From assembly GCF_009914755.1 (NCBI RefSeq), contig NC_060936.1: a DNA stretch of 64,000 nt; one strand, 5' to 3'. The stretch is from the human T2T-CHM13v2.0 reference genome, Homo sapiens. The translations under genes and the position numbers were made by a program. The notes under the pieces are model-generated. The model saw nothing but the letters and a program-made list of their open reading frames with translations. It ran no database searches and was not told the origin of the DNA. Below, piece after piece: positions 43,725-55,654 of the stretch (within the stretch, counting starts at the first letter, position 1; each line of letters starts with the position of its first letter).

Positions 43725-43892
43725 GGAGAGGCATGGAATGGATTATCTCTCAGAGACTCTAGAAGGAACCCACCCTACCAACACCTTGATTTCAGACTTC
43801 TGGCCTCCAGAACTGTGAGAGCGTAAGTTTCTCTTGTTTTGAGTCACCAGTTTGTGGTAATTTGTTACAACAGTTCTGGGAAACTAATACAG
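43725..43892 (+). mobile_element. MLT1C-like LTR 3' fragment
   Basis: caccttgatttcagacttctggcctccagaactgtgaga...ggaaactaataca. Confidence 0.85.
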
Positions 43893-45399
43893 CTAGCATA
43901 GAACAGGAAAGATCCAACAGGCAGCTCTGGGGTAAACTTACTCTGTTATATTGGCTGTGGAAGGTGTTGAGGTTTGAGATTGGCTAAGCGTCTATGAAGC
44001 TGGAGTCTGGGAAGAAAATATTGCATTGTAGAAGCTATCATTTGGTTGGGGAAACAACATAACGACTGTCTCATTGAGGCATAGGCAAACAGGTTGAGGA
44101 TCAGATCAGCTTCACAGGCTGGATGGAGCTTCCTGCATACATGAACCTACTGCTGTTTTCACACTCAGAGCTGCCTTGGATGGGGTGGAGCAGACATTTC
44201 TACAATTGTAGCTGCGATGATTGTTCTTATCTGTAGTTCTCTCTTGCTTTGATGGGCTCCATTGCCTACAAATCACCTCTCCCAGTTGCTGATACCTAGC
44301 CATCTCTCAAAAGGTAACACATGAGATCAAGGCAGCTGTTATAGTAGAAGCACTGAAATAACTAAAACCATTCTTTTTCTTGTAAAAATGTGAAATTTCT
44401 GATTTGTCCAAAGCTAGACACATAAGTTTCTTAGTATTTGACTTTCTTAGACGAGAGATTAAACTGAGCAATGAGACGGGAGAGTGGCAATAGCTTCTAG
44501 AAATCAGCACGTGTTGCCTGGGGAAAGTTCTCACTGGCATGCAGATCCCCCTTCAGGTGTCCTGTTCTCATAGCTGAGTTTCATGATTTCCAGTACTTCT
44601 CTCTGGTGGATGTGCTTTTCCAGCACCAGTTGTCTGTTTATCCATCAGGATGGCTCCTGTTCTGACTCAGAGGCCCAAAATATCTGGGTTTCCAGCCCCC
44701 TGGACAGGAGCATGTAAGACTGGAGTCCCCACCTGCTCCATGGTCATCTTGGCAGGCCAGGCTCCTGCCCTCTGTGGATCCCTTGGACTCTCTTTTCCAT
44801 GCCCTGTAACCTGTTGCAAGGAGCTCTCAGCAGAGTCTGACGTTACCAGCCTCCAGGTGCTTAGTGGGAGATGCAAGCATCTCTGTCTTTGGTTAATTTA
44901 TCACAGGGAAAGTGGTTTGGTGGGAGAGCCCCAATTAAAAGTATCTTTGCAGTTTTCCTTAATCACACCCTGAAAATGTTCCCGTGCCCCAGGCTGGGCT
45001 TATCTCAGAAAGGGTGTTGAACCTCTTTTGCATGACTCCGCTCGACAGAATGTGATGTCTGAGGTGTGTCCCAAACAGTATTGCCCACAGAGTGTTCTGA
45101 GGACCCCGTGCTTCAGAAGGGCAACTTGTTTAAAAACACAGCACTATGGGTCCTGCCCCCCAGACCTATAGCAGCACAGTCTCTAGAGGTTTGGTCCCAA
45201 TCTCTGTGCCATGACAAGTGGCACAGGTGATTCTGATATGCTTGAAAGTTTGAGAGCCTCTGGTCCACAGGGTTCTGATGCCTTCACCCCCTTCCCTGCC
45301 CTTGGAATTTTTTGGTGATGTCTCTTACTGGGCATCTTCAGCCCTTGAAGTCTCATATTCGTGGGACATCCAGAGACGGATGACACCTTAGATAAAGAC

Positions 45400-45830
45400 C
45401 CTTCATTCGACCAATATTGATTAAGCTCCTCCCATTTGCCAGGCATGGTTCTCAGCACTATGGATAATGCAGGAAACAGAAACTGCGGAATCTTTGCTCT
45501 CCTTGGGCTTATATCTAGTGGGAGAGACAGATAATAAACAAGGGAAGCAAAGTGTATATTGGGTACGGTTTAGTGCTAAGGAGAAAAATAAAGCAGGAGA
45601 CCAGGGATAGAAGTTGTTGAGGATAAGAGGGATTTGCCATTTTAGATTGGGTGGTCTAGGAAAACTTCACTGAGAGGTGACATTTGTCCAGATCTGAAGG
45701 AGATTAGGGAATGAGTCATGGTGGTGTCTGTGGGAGAGGCTTCCAGGCAGGGGGAATGGCAGGTGGAAAGGTTTAGAGACGAGAAGGAATGTGCTGTTTT
45801 AGGAACCACGAGGAGCCAGTGTTCTGTTCC
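45400..45830 (-). mobile_element. L2 3' end
   Basis: ttcattcgaccaatattgattaagctcctcccatttgccaggca...cttcactgagaggtgacatttg. Confidence 0.8.
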
Positions 45831-46254
45831 CCACCAACATACAATATTAGCATATTTTCACACACATAAATATACATTTTTATGAGCATTGCAATTCAAA
45901 GCTAGAAGGGTGTGATGGAGAAATTTTCTTTAAGTATTTTTGGCTAATTAAAATTAATTGACTAAAATTGGGAACCAAAATTTTGTAGAAAATAGTGAGA
46001 AAAAACTTGATTGGGATTTTTTTTTCTTCCTTGAGAAATGAAATAAAGATTATAATAAAAGTTTATTTTATCTTGTAGTAAACAAAATTAGGGGTTGGCA
46101 ATTCCCGATCTGTGCACTTTGAACAAAGAATGCATGTTGATAATTTGTCATTTTTCTTCCAGTTTTCTATAACTATACAATATTGCAGTTCTCATTTCAT
46201 GTTTGACATTGCTAGTAGGATCACAAAAAGGATCCGTTTAGCGGAAATATTTGA

Positions 46255-46677
<423 letters not shown>

Positions 46678-47084
46678 TGAAGGGTGATTGTAGACCCTGG
46701 CTTCATTCTCTTTGTTGATAGTTTTGCATGCATTTGTCCATCCTCTACTATTACAAGATATGCAATTTCACTTTGCAATGGATTTGCATTGCTTTTGCAT
46801 TGTATTTATAGTTGGCAGTCAGCAGAATCTGACCAATCAAGATGGCAGAGATGTTGAAGTGGTGGGCAGGGGTAGATGCTGCTGTCATCTAAGGGCCATG
46901 TGTGGGCAGGGACTGACATCTGGAAGAGTCCATTTATCAACAAGTGGTTTCTTGTTCTGCCAATTTATCCTTCCGTATGTAATCCCATAATTTCAAGGAT
47001 TCATACAGCAAATGTTTATGTAATGAAGAACCTATGGAAAATACGTATAATTTTTTTTTTCTGTATGTCAGAAATTGGTTATTA

Positions 47085-47638
47085 TGTAAGTGAGATAAAA
47101 ATGGTTCCTGCTCATTGGCCCCTGTGTTGTTTGTTTCTTCACAGCAGGCTGGGACCTGTTAGCTCAAAAGCCTGCTGGCACCAAATTCATATTTTTACAC
47201 ATCCAATTGTTTTAAACATAGCCCAAATAAACAGATTTTTAGCCATTTGGAGCCTGCCTGTTTTGCATACCCTGCAAAACTGAGTCCAGTGTCTGTTAGT
47301 TGTAAATAAGATAAACCTTTTAGCTATAAAAGAACTCAAGCTGCAACTGCCCTTTAGAGCTCTCTGACCCAGAGACTCCCCACTGAGCTGCTGAGTGACA
47401 TTATCTAGACATGTGAGCCCCTGTCTTGAATCTACCTCTACTTTCAGAGTTCTTTCCCTCCTCCCCTCTGGCTGGTGGCCCCTCAGGCCACATCCTTTGG
47501 ACTGTCTCATGCTGTGAGGGGCTTCTTTCATGCAAACCTGTCAAAGCGTTGCCCAAATAAAACTCGTTGTATGCTACTGCCACCTTGTGGTCATATATTT
47601 TTCTATGCTCAGAGCCCAAATTCCGCAAACTCATTACA
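47085..47638 (+). mobile_element. ERV1-class solo LTR (MER67-like, tentative)
   Basis: TG...CA ends, TATAAAAG 47325-47332, AATAAA 47556-47561, and a gatttttagccatttggagcctgcctgttttgcatac block. Confidence 0.65.
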
Positions 47639-48729
47639 GTGGTGAGACCATTATCTTTTCCATGTAGTTTTAGATATTGTAATTTTTAAATAACAAGTGC
47701 TAAGAATATCACCAAGCCTAAAGATATTTCTCTAAAACAAACTTAATGAATATTCAAGACATAGATGTTCCTGGGCTTAAATTGTTCTAACAAAGATAAT
47801 CTAAAATTAGGAAGGATTTGGACTAAGGACTGGGATTTAGAAACAATTGTATAACTTGTGTTTAAGAGAGAGGAAAATGTCAATAGTTTGGTTTTAGGTT
47901 TGTGTTTTTGATACCCAGCATTCATTTGTTCTGTTGTAACTTGAATTTCCTTTCAGGAGCCACTCCTTGCTAACCTCTCCCACGTGATTAGGAGGGGGTT
48001 AACTTCACCCTTAGTGACCAGCTTAGTTGACCAGCTAAGCCCATGAGCATTGTCCCTCTACCCTAGATGCCATAATGATTGGCTCAAGATTGAGCACTCA
48101 GTTTAATTTGGCCAATGAAAACCTGGCTCTGGGATCTTTGATCTAAGGGAAAGAATTTTGCTTTTTTGTTGTGGATGAGGATGTGAGATCTGGAGCTGCT
48201 GCAGCAACACTGTGACCATGAGAAGAATTGGTGAACAAAGCCCACATGCATGAGAGCTGAACAGGGTCCAGTGCCTAATGGAACTGGAGGTAACATTTGA
48301 ACGTCTATAGTGAGTTGCATCTGAATTTGGCCCTATCTCTGGACGTTTTCATGGACATGCACCAGAACTGGATTTTTAAAAATCAATTGCAACTGCTATG
48401 ACATGTCCAGAATTTGTCAGGTGTACAGCAATGTCCTTTGGGCCCAAAGGATTGAGGGCTGGATGTTCTCTAGAGCACCCCTTATGAAATAAATGGATCT
48501 ACTCTGGCAAACGGAGACATTTGCCTTTGCCTAGGGATGTTAGAGGAATTTTCTGCTAAGGAAGAGGAATAGGATCAGGAAATCATATCTGGAGAAGAAG
48601 TGTTTAGAATCCTGGCTGGAGACTTAGGGTAGTTCCAAAGGACATCTCACAAGGTAGGAGGCTTAGATGCTTGTGTGTCTGATCTCTGGAGACCGTATGG
48701 TAGTTCATTGTTAGGAAATTAATAATAGC

Positions 48730-48950
48730 TAATGCTGATCCACGTCTTTGTTCCAGGTGTTCTTCTAAGCACTTAATATACACCAATTCACTTAATCTTC
48801 ATAATAGCAACACTGTAGGTAGATAGTGTTATTATCCACATTTTACAGATAAGGAAACTGAGTCACAGAAGTTCAATGGTTATCCAAGGCCTCACAGCTA
48901 GTCCTTCTTGCAGCTGGAATTAAATTCTGGGAGTCTTGCTCCTAATCCTT
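48730..48950 (-). mobile_element. MIR SINE
   Basis: cattttacagataaggaaactgagtcacaga. Confidence 0.8.
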
Positions 48951-49252
48951 CTCTCTCCATCACCTTCCTGACATTCATTCCTGGGTGTATCCAGCTCTGC
49001 TAGGGAGGGAGGAATGCCCAGTGTTTCACTCCAAAGCAAAGATGTCAGAATTTATTTATTTTTATTTTGTCAGTTTATTTTGTTTATATGTAAGCCACTG
49101 TTTCCCTAGACAGACTGTCTCACTCCCTTCTTTGATTCACAGATACAGCGTAACATAATAATAATAAACACACCTGTAGCACTCCGTCTGTGCCAGCACT
49201 TTATATTGTATTAGCTCACTTAACCCTTGCAGCAGCCTCACGAGATGGCCAC

Positions 49253-49682
49253 TGTGTTAGCTTCCTGGGGCTGCCACAGCAAATGGCCACAAACGCGATA
49301 GTGTAAAACAACAGAAATTTATTCTCTCACAGTTCCAGGAGGCCAGAGCCCAAAATCAAGATGTCCGTAGGGTTGAGAAACCTTCTCATGCTTTTCCCCT
49401 ACCTTCTGGTTGTTGCTGGCAGTCCTTCATATTCCTTGGCCCATAGAAGCATAACTCCAGCTCTCTCTCTCTCTGACTTCACATCGCTGCCTTCTCAGGT
49501 TCCCTGTCTGTCTCTTATAAAGACACCACTCATTGGATTTACAGCCCACCCTAAATCCAGGATGGTCTCATCTTGAGATACCTAAGTAATTACATCAATG
49601 AAGACCCTGTGGCTCAATAAGGTCACATTGTGAGGTTCTGGGTAGATATGAATCCCTGGGGGACACTATTCAACCCCTTATA
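49253..49682 (-). mobile_element. MLT1C-like MaLR LTR inserted in a MIR
   Basis: aaaacaacagaaatttattctctcacagttc...ggggacactattcaaccc; TSD gccac/gacac. Confidence 0.88.
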
Positions 49683-50909
49683 GACACTTATTTTTTCATC
49701 ATTTGAGAGAGGAGGAGTCTGTACTGCACCAAGAGTCAATGGCAATGCCAGGACCTGAACCTGGCAGGCTGGTGTGAATACCTGTGCTGTGCCGGTCAGG
49801 TATAGTGGCCAGATGGGCAGGCTCAGAAATGAGGACCCCTACACTCCATCCTGCCTCCACCTTGTGATTTTGTGCCTGTTCCTTAATTGTTTGGTGCCAC
49901 AGATTTCGCATTTGTAAGTCTAGGATAATGAGACCTACTCATAGTGCTGTAAAGAGGATTAAATATGTTGATACAGGTAAAGCACGAGAAAATTTATGCA
50001 AAGCCCTTGGGAAAGTGTCTGGCTCAGGGGAGTGGCCTCAGTAAAGCTCAGCTATTATAATCCACAAATATTCCTGAGTGGCGCTAGGATGCACATGGCT
50101 GCTGGCATCTTGCAGCCATCAGAGTTTGGACAGGACAGTTTATTATCATCAAGGCATTTGGTAGTATTGTCTTCAGATGGTTGTGAATTCAGGTTGTAGC
50201 TTTCCTTGCTTTTTTTTGGAATATTTATTAGTTCAGTTTCCTGAACTAATGAAGAACTAAGTTCTTCCACTGTGGGCTGTTTGGTTAACTCAAACGTTAG
50301 TAGATATGCTTAACTAGATCTTTTTGCTAGTGAATTTCCAGTAGACTGTGAGTACCTTTTACTGTCCAAACAGGAATCTTCTTTATCTCCTCTGGCTAAA
50401 GCAGAATGCAAAACTTCCCTTCCCTGGTCATACCCACACAATTTGCCTGTCTAGTGATGCTCATCAAGTTTCCTCATGTGGAAAATGGAAGCAGAAGCGA
50501 TACTACCCCTGCGGGGTTGCACGAGGCATCTGTGTATTAGCAGTGCAAGGCGGAGGACAGTGCCTGGCTTCTAGAAGGGGCTTGAGACATTTCAGCATTT
50601 GTGAACAAGTTCTTTTTCTACTGTGAAATGGGTACTGGGGAAAGGTGAGCCACAGTCTCAGTCTGTGGCCAAAACCATCTGAGACTCACTGGTCTGGACT
50701 GAGCCATGCTCCTCTTTGCATTTCCAAGTGCTTCATGTGTAGTACCTGAAACTCAAGAAATCCTCTTTAAACGTCGGAGGACTGGGTGGATGATATGGGG
50801 TATAAAAATATTTCACAGTCTTGATGGCGTGAGTTCTAATTGCACGCTTCCTTCTCCAACCCCCGCCCATGGCAGACAGTGAAAGACTTGACCCACCCAC
50901 TGGAAAGCT

Positions 50910-51502
50910 GGGAAGGTCTCAAGACCACCCTCACTTCTGATGCCATCTGCAAGTCTGGAGGGTCCCCAAGACCACCCTCAGGTTCAGTAATTTTCTAGAA
51001 GGACTCAAAGAACTCAGAAACGCTGTTGTACTTATAAATATTGTTTATTCTAGTGAAAGGATACAAACTGAGTTCAGCCAAGGGAAGAGGTGCATAGAGT
51101 AGGATCCAGTAGAGGTCCAGGGCAAGCTCCCAGTTGACCTTTCCCAGTGGAGTCGTATGGACAGCATTTGCTTCTCCCAGAGCTGATGTGCAACCATAGG
51201 CACAGAGTGCTGCCAACTGGGGGAGCTCACCCAAGCTTGGTGTCCAGAGCTTTTTTTGGAACTTGGTCACATAGACATGGCTGACTCTCCAGTCCCTCCA
51301 GTGGTCAAGCAGATCCCATGTGGCCCAAGCCTCCCTACTATAAATCATATTGAAGCACAGATTATCTGGCATGGCCCAAGACCTCAGGTAAACAAAGACA
51401 CTCTTATCAGGCAAGAAATTCCAAAGGCTTAAAAGTTAGTTCTCAGGAGGTGAAGGCAAAGGCCAGACCTCTCTTCGGGCAAAGTTAATCCTTTACTGCC
51501 CA
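50910..51502 (-). mobile_element. MER21-like LTR
   Basis: Doubled aagaccaccctca; ctagaaggactcaaagaactcagaaa; aaacaaagacactcttatcaggca. Confidence 0.75.
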
Positions 51503-52054
51503 CCCACTATGTAGACAACCAAACAAACCCAAAACCCTGTAGAGTGGAGTATTTAGTTCAAAAGTGGCTGGTCTAAGTAGAAGACAGAAAGATGCAGGTG
51601 TGTACTCACAGAGCAGGTTTCCTTTTGCCCAGCTAGGTGGTGGATGCTATGGGCTGGGAAAGACATATGGGGAGTGAGATGGAGAAGGTGTGACCCCGTG
51701 CCCTGTCTGTCTGTCCCTGCTGGGTAGAGGCTGGCCTGGAGTCCAGTTGTCTTTCTTTTGACTTATCTACAGCAGCTAGAATGTCTCTCTCCCTGGTCCA
51801 ACCAGGAGGGATGCTCATCTGGACTCAGACTCTTTCCAGCATCCAGTCCTCCATCACAGACAAGGCCAAAGCTCAGGTCACTCTTGTCGCTCAGAACCAA
51901 AGGGACCGCGGACACCTGGTGGAGGTCTGGGGGAGAAACGCCTCTGTGTGTCTGGGGTGGTGACATTTGGGTTCACCTGGAGACCTACCAGTGAACGTGG
52001 GCAGTGGTGGAGCCACCATGTCCTCCTGGCTCTGACTTACGTCCCTGTTACAAT

Positions 52055-53110
52055 GCACTTGCTCTGTTTTGAACTTCATATTGAACTGTAACCTACATGC
52101 AGAAGAGTCCACATAAGCGAGCACAGACTGATGAGTTCTCACAACCACCAAGTAATCGGCATGCAGAAGGAGAGACAGAGCATGGCAGGGTCCCCAGAAG
52201 CCCAGCAGGACTCCACTCAGTGACTGCCTCTACCACAGGGCGGCCACTGTGCAGGCTTTCACCTCGGAGATCTGTGTGCCTGCTTCTGACTTTCCACGAA
52301 CGGAATTGCACAGTGCGCGCTTTTGGTACCTGGCTTCTTCCACTCAGCTGTGTATTTGGAGGGTCGCTGTGTTGTTGTGTGGTGATAGGCTGCTTCCTCG
52401 TTACTGCTGTATAGTGTTCCACTGTGAGATGTTACGCTTTACCAGTTCCGTTGTCAATGGGTGCTAGGGTCTGAACGTCTGTATCCCCCACAAATTCGCA
52501 TGTTGAAATTCTTATCCCCAAGGCAGAGTTATTAGGAGGTGGGGCCTTTTGGGAGATTAGGTCATCTCCCTAAAGGAATGGGATTAATGCCCTTATAAAA
52601 GAGGTTTGAGGGTGCTCTGTCACCCCTTCCACCATGCGAGGACACAGCATGACAGCCGCATCTATAAAAAAGCAAGCTCTCACCCGGCACTGAAACTGCT
52701 GACATCTTGCTCTTGGACTTCAGCCTCCAGAACTGTGAGAAATAAATTTCTGTTGTTTATAAGCCTCCAAGTTTGTGGTATTTTGTTAGACTGTCCCGAA
52801 CAGATTAAGGCAATGAGCATTTTGGGTTGTTTCCATTTTGGGCTGATGGCAGGGCTGTCGTGCACCTTCTTGTATGTGTGTCTTGGGGAACAGGTGCATG
52901 TGTTTCTGTTGGGCATAAACCGAGGAGTGGCAATGCTGTTACAGGGTCTACGGAAATTCAGGCTTTGTAGTTATCACCAAATAGCTTTCCAAAGAGGTTG
53001 AACCAAATTACACTCATTCCAGCAATGTTCACGAGTCCCAGTCACTCCATGACCAGGCCACCATTTGCTTTTTTCTCTCTTTTCAGTTTAGCCATTCTGC
53101 TGAGTAAGTG
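52055..53110 (-). mobile_element. L1ME 3' end, unusually GC/CpG-rich, split by MLT1A
   Basis: ctggcttcttccactcag...tttgggttgtttccattttgggc...gctttccaaagaggttgaaccaaattacactc. Confidence 0.75.
52462..52812 (+). mobile_element. MLT1A0-like MaLR solo LTR
   Basis: attaggaggtggggccttttgggag...gcctccagaactgtgagaaataaatttctg; TSD atggg/atgag. Confidence 0.9.
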
Positions 53111-53746
53111 TTTTGACTTTTGTACTGCACAAGGGGATACACCAGAGTGGATTGTTAATAATAATAGTGATAATGATAACTAATAATAATAATAATTGAA
53201 AAGTCAAGACAAAGACAGTCCTGGAGTGCATCAACCCTGTCTTGGCTTCAACTGTTATGGAGAGAATTACTTTGGGACTTATGTGCTCACAGGTACTCTC
53301 CTCAGTTTGTGTAGAAGCCTGCTGCCTTTACTGCAGTTTTGAGGGCACTTTTGCAGCTTGAAAGTCCACTCTTTGGAGAGTTGCTGGGCCCTAGAATGCC
53401 TGCTGAGCCAGCCACAAGGGAAGAGGGACTGAGATAGGCATCTGGTTTCTGGAGACTTCCTCGTGTCCTGGAAATCAACCACACTGGAATTTATGGATCC
53501 CCTTATTTTCCAAATTGCAAATGCAGCAAGGGACCCTCTTGGGTGTGGCTTCACTGTGATCCTGGAGGCTACTGGAACCCGAGGAGCCCTGTCCCGTGAG
53601 GAGGCATCCGGCGGCAGTGCTTGTGGTGTGCACAGGAGCTGATTGAGGGGGGGCAACACTCCTAAGAGGGGTGGGAAGACTGAGGCGAGCGAGAAAAATA
53701 ATTGTGTCCCAAGCCTCAGTGCCAAGTGGGGTGCTTGGCTGTGGAC

Positions 53747-55319
53747 AGTGGAGTGGAGTGAGTGGAGTGGAGTGGAGTGGAGTGGAGGAGTGGAGTGGAG
53801 TGGAGTGGAGGAGTGGAGTGGAGTGGAGGAGTGGAGTGGAGTGGAGTGGAGTGAGTGGAGTGGAGTGGAGTGGAGTGGAGGAGTGGAGTGGAGTGGAGTG
53901 AGTGGAGTGGAGTGAGTGGAGTGGAGTGGAGTGGAGTGAGTGGAGTGGAGTGAGTGAGTGGAGTGGAGGAGTGGAGTGGAGTGGAGGAGTGGAGTGGAGT
54001 GGAGTGGAGGAGTGGAGTGGAGTGGAGTGGAGGAGTGGAGTGGAGGAGTGGAGTGGAGTGGAGTGAGTGGAGTGGAGTGGAGTGAGTGGAGTGGAGTGGA
54101 GTGGAGTGAGTGAGTGGAGTGGAGTGGAGGAGTGGAGTGGAGTGGAGTGGAGGAGTGGAGTGGAGTGGAGTGGAGGAGTGGAGTGGAGTGGAGGAGTGGA
54201 GTGGAGTGGAGTGAGTGGAGTGGAGTGGAGTGAGTGGAGTGGAGGAGTGGAGTGGAGTGGAGTGGAGTGGAGTGGAGGAGTGGAGTGGAGTGGAGGAGTG
54301 GAGTGGAGTGGAGTGGAGGAGTGGAGTGGAGTGGAGGAGTGGAGTGGAGTGGAGGAGTGGAGTGGAGTGGAGTGGAGGAGTGGAGTGGAGTGGAGTGGAG
54401 GAGTGGAGTGGAGTGGAGGAGTGGAGTGGAGTGGAGTGGAGGAGTGGAGTGGAGTGGAGGAGTGGAGTGGAGTGGAGGAGTGGAGTGGAGTGGAGTGGAG
54501 TGAGTGGAGTGGAGTGGAGTGGAGGAGTGGAGTGGAGTGGAGTGAGTGGAGTGGAGTGGAGTGAGTGGAGTGGAGTGAGTGGAGTGGAGTGGAGGAGTGG
54601 AGTGAGTGGAGTGGAGTGGAGTGGAGTGGAGTGAGTGGAGTGAGTGGAGTGGAGGAGTGGAGTGGAGTGGAGTGAGTGGAGTGGAGTGGAGTGGAGGAGT
54701 GGAGTGGAGTGAGTGGAGTGGAGTGGAGTGGAGGAGTGGAGTGGAGTGGAGTGAGTGGAGTGGAGTGAGTGGAGTGGAGTGAGTGGAGTGGAGTGGAGTG
54801 AGTGGAGTGGAGTGGAGTGAGTGGAGTGGAGTGGAGGAGTGGAGTGGAGTGAGTGGAGTGGAGTGGAGTGAGTGAGTGGAGTGGAGTGGAGTGGAGTGAG
54901 TGGAGTGGAGTGAGTGGAGTGGAGTGAGTGGAGTGGAGTGGAGTGAGTGGAGTGGAGTGAGTGGAGTGGAGTGGAGTGAGTGGAGTGGAGTGGAGTGGAG
55001 GAGTGGAGTGGAGTGGAGTGAGTGGAGTGGAGTGGAGTGAGTGAGTGGAGTGGAGTGAGTGGAGTGGAGTGGAGTGAGTGGAGTGGAGGAGTGGAGTGGA
55101 GTGGAGTGGAGTGGAGTGAGTGGAGTGGAGTGAGTGGAGTGGAGTGGAGTGAGTGGAGTGGAGTGGAGTGGAGTGAGTGGAGTGAGTGGAGTGGAGTGGA
55201 GGAGTGGAGTGGAGTGAGTGGAGTGGAGTGGAGTGGAGTGAGTGGAGTGGAGTGAGTGGAGTGGAGGAGTGGAGTGGAGTGGAGTGGAGTGAGTGGAGGA
55301 GTGGAGTGGAGTGGAGTGG
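53747..55319 (+). repeat. 1.57-kb (GGAGT)n pentanucleotide satellite-like array with GAGT and GGA variant units
   Basis: Direct reading; no C on the + strand across the array. Confidence 0.99.
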
Positions 55320-55362
55320 TCAGGGAGTGAAACTGAGACAGGGGACAAAGTAGAGATGCCCA

Positions 55363-55654
55363 CACAAGAACAGAAAACCAAACACCGCGTGTTCTCACTC
55401 GTAAGTGGGAGATGAACAATGTGAATACATGGGCATAGGGAGGGGAACATCACACACTGGGGCCTGTCAGAGGGTGGGGGGGGGCCTAGGGGAGGGAGAG
55501 CATTAGGAGAAATACCTAATGTAGATGACAGGTTGATGGGTGCAGCAAACCACCATGGCATGGGTATACCTATGTAACAAACCTGCACGTTCAGCACATG
55601 TACCCCAGAACTTAAAGTATAATAATAATAAAAACAAACAAACAAAAATAAAAA
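55363..55654 (+). mobile_element. L1PA (about PA7/8) short 3' end in sense orientation
   Basis: gaaaaccaaacaccgcgtgttctcactc...gtaccccagaacttaaagtataata; TSD gagatgccca (55353-55362 / 55658-55667); AATAAA at 55627 and 55647. Confidence 0.95.

Noticed and set aside
51745-51963. Acceptor-like tctttcttttgacttatctacag followed by a 60-aa ORF
   Set aside because: The peptide resembles nothing I recognise and there is no good downstream donor.
53747-55319. Possible CRISPR-like or telomeric array
   Set aside because: No unique spacers, no cas genes, eukaryotic context, and the unit is not TTAGGG.
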